In this document: piece after piece, positions 63,648-64,000 of the stretch
Layout of the letters: each line of letters begins with the position of its first letter
How positions within the stretch are numbered: the stretch's first letter is position 1
Source: Candidatus Saccharimonadota bacterium
Lineage (GTDB): Bacteria; Patescibacteriota; Saccharimonadia; Saccharimonadales; Saccharimonadaceae
Direction of reading: 5' to 3'
Length of the DNA stretch: 64,000 nucleotides
Assembly: GCA_016290315.1 (NCBI GenBank)
Contig: JAEETK010000001.1
Location: 83,157-147,156 of the forward strand
Position numbers and translations under genes: made by a program
The notes under the pieces: generated by a model
Told to the model about the DNA's origin: nothing
Seen by the model: the letters and a program-made list of their open reading frames with translations, nothing else
The model's database searches: none

Positions 63648-64000
63648 AGCGGAAGTATATAGGGGTGGGGACTTGATTTTAAAGCGTGAGTGCGATAAAA
63701 TTGTAAGTAGTTGGGGCTGACAAAGCTTAGACGGATTATTAACAGTATGCATGCGGATCGATTAACACCGTAAGTGTTTTCATAAATGCAGACAAAACTG
63801 CTAGTAAGCATGTAGCTTATATGCCTGCTTACGCAATGGCCTAAGATATACCTAGGTCTGTTATCCTCGGTGAGATACCATAACTTCGGATAATATCATA
63901 CACATGGTAATAAGGTTGACCTTCTGACAGTGGTTAGCACGAAAATTTAGTCATGACTTCGCTGAGTTTTGTTTATTCCAGCTCTAGTGAGTTTGTCGAG

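Noticed and set aside
1-64000. Global reassignment of TGA (genetic code 4 or 25, as in Mycoplasma or SR1/Gracilibacteria) as the explanation for the three in-frame TGAs.
   Set aside because: TGA closes several well-defined genes as 4-nt ATGA overlaps with the next start: pilT/pilC, GT8-2/PlsC-like and znuB/acyltransferase. Elsewhere it is closely followed by in-frame TAA or TAG (pilD: TGA GAA TAA; PPTase: TGA TAG TAG). All other conserved genes read correctly with code 11. Site-specific readthrough or pseudogenisation remains open; see the findings.
63753-64000. An unassigned non-coding stretch of about 250 bp at the window edge. I checked it by eye for rRNA, tmRNA, SRP RNA and tRNA signatures.
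   Set aside because: No conserved motifs of those RNAs were recognised and there is no ORF of 60 aa or more. The region is truncated by the window end, so no call was made.

Overview
This 64 kb window is a moderately AT-rich chromosomal segment from a small-genome bacterium with a Gram-positive-like (monoderm) envelope. The gene content is most consistent with a Candidatus Saccharibacteria (TM7) / CPR-type organism; this is an inference from content, since no search was run. All domain calls come from reading motifs in the supplied translations. I count roughly 75 CDS, six tRNAs that all encode their CCA ends (Arg-CCU, Gly-CCC, Asp-GUC, Thr-CGU, Ala-CGC, Val-UAC), and a type A RNase P RNA.

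Housekeeping genes:
- Replication, repair, transcription and translation factors: dnaG-rpoD, xerC-like, pcrA/uvrD, efp, miaA, argS, thrS.
- Ribosomal operons: rpsF-ssb-rpsR, rpmB, infC-rpmI-rplT.
- Other: mscL, orn, ndk, rdgB.

Accessory content:
- A type IV pilus cluster (pilT-pilC-pilin-pilD).
- A zur-znuACB operon with a Fur-type palindrome.
- A lipid/glycolipid module: acyl-AMP ligase, ACP, two GT8 glycosyltransferases and two acyltransferases, with a PPTase elsewhere in the window.
- A processive GT2 glycan synthase.

Most interesting observations:
1. An operon resembling the Streptococcus pyogenes FCT pilus region (46.1-54.3 kb). It encodes a 1934-aa adhesin, an FctA/Spy0128-like pilin, a SipA-like S26 protein that lacks the catalytic Lys, and a class B-like sortase. 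It has a shorter, apparently decaying paralogous copy at 34.4-36.5 kb.
2. The giant adhesin has a VPITG sorting-like signal plus a TM hairpin in the middle of the protein. A second ectodomain follows it, made of a vWA domain and 27 tandem 26-aa DUF285/BspA-like repeats.
3. Three otherwise intact conserved genes (pilin paralog, sortase paralog, comM) are each interrupted by exactly one in-frame TGA.
4. Two proteins carry a T4SS-pilin-like two-helix hairpin fused to large extracellular domains.
5. The DnaG zinc ribbon has all four canonical ligands replaced.
6. A TGnTAnAAT extended -10 promoter recurs, and many mRNAs look leaderless.
7. Smaller items include a candidate roughly 130-nt stand-alone sRNA, scrambled tRNA-Val fragments, a non-AUG infC start and an Arg-tip EF-P.

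No CRISPR array, IS element or prophage was recognised.
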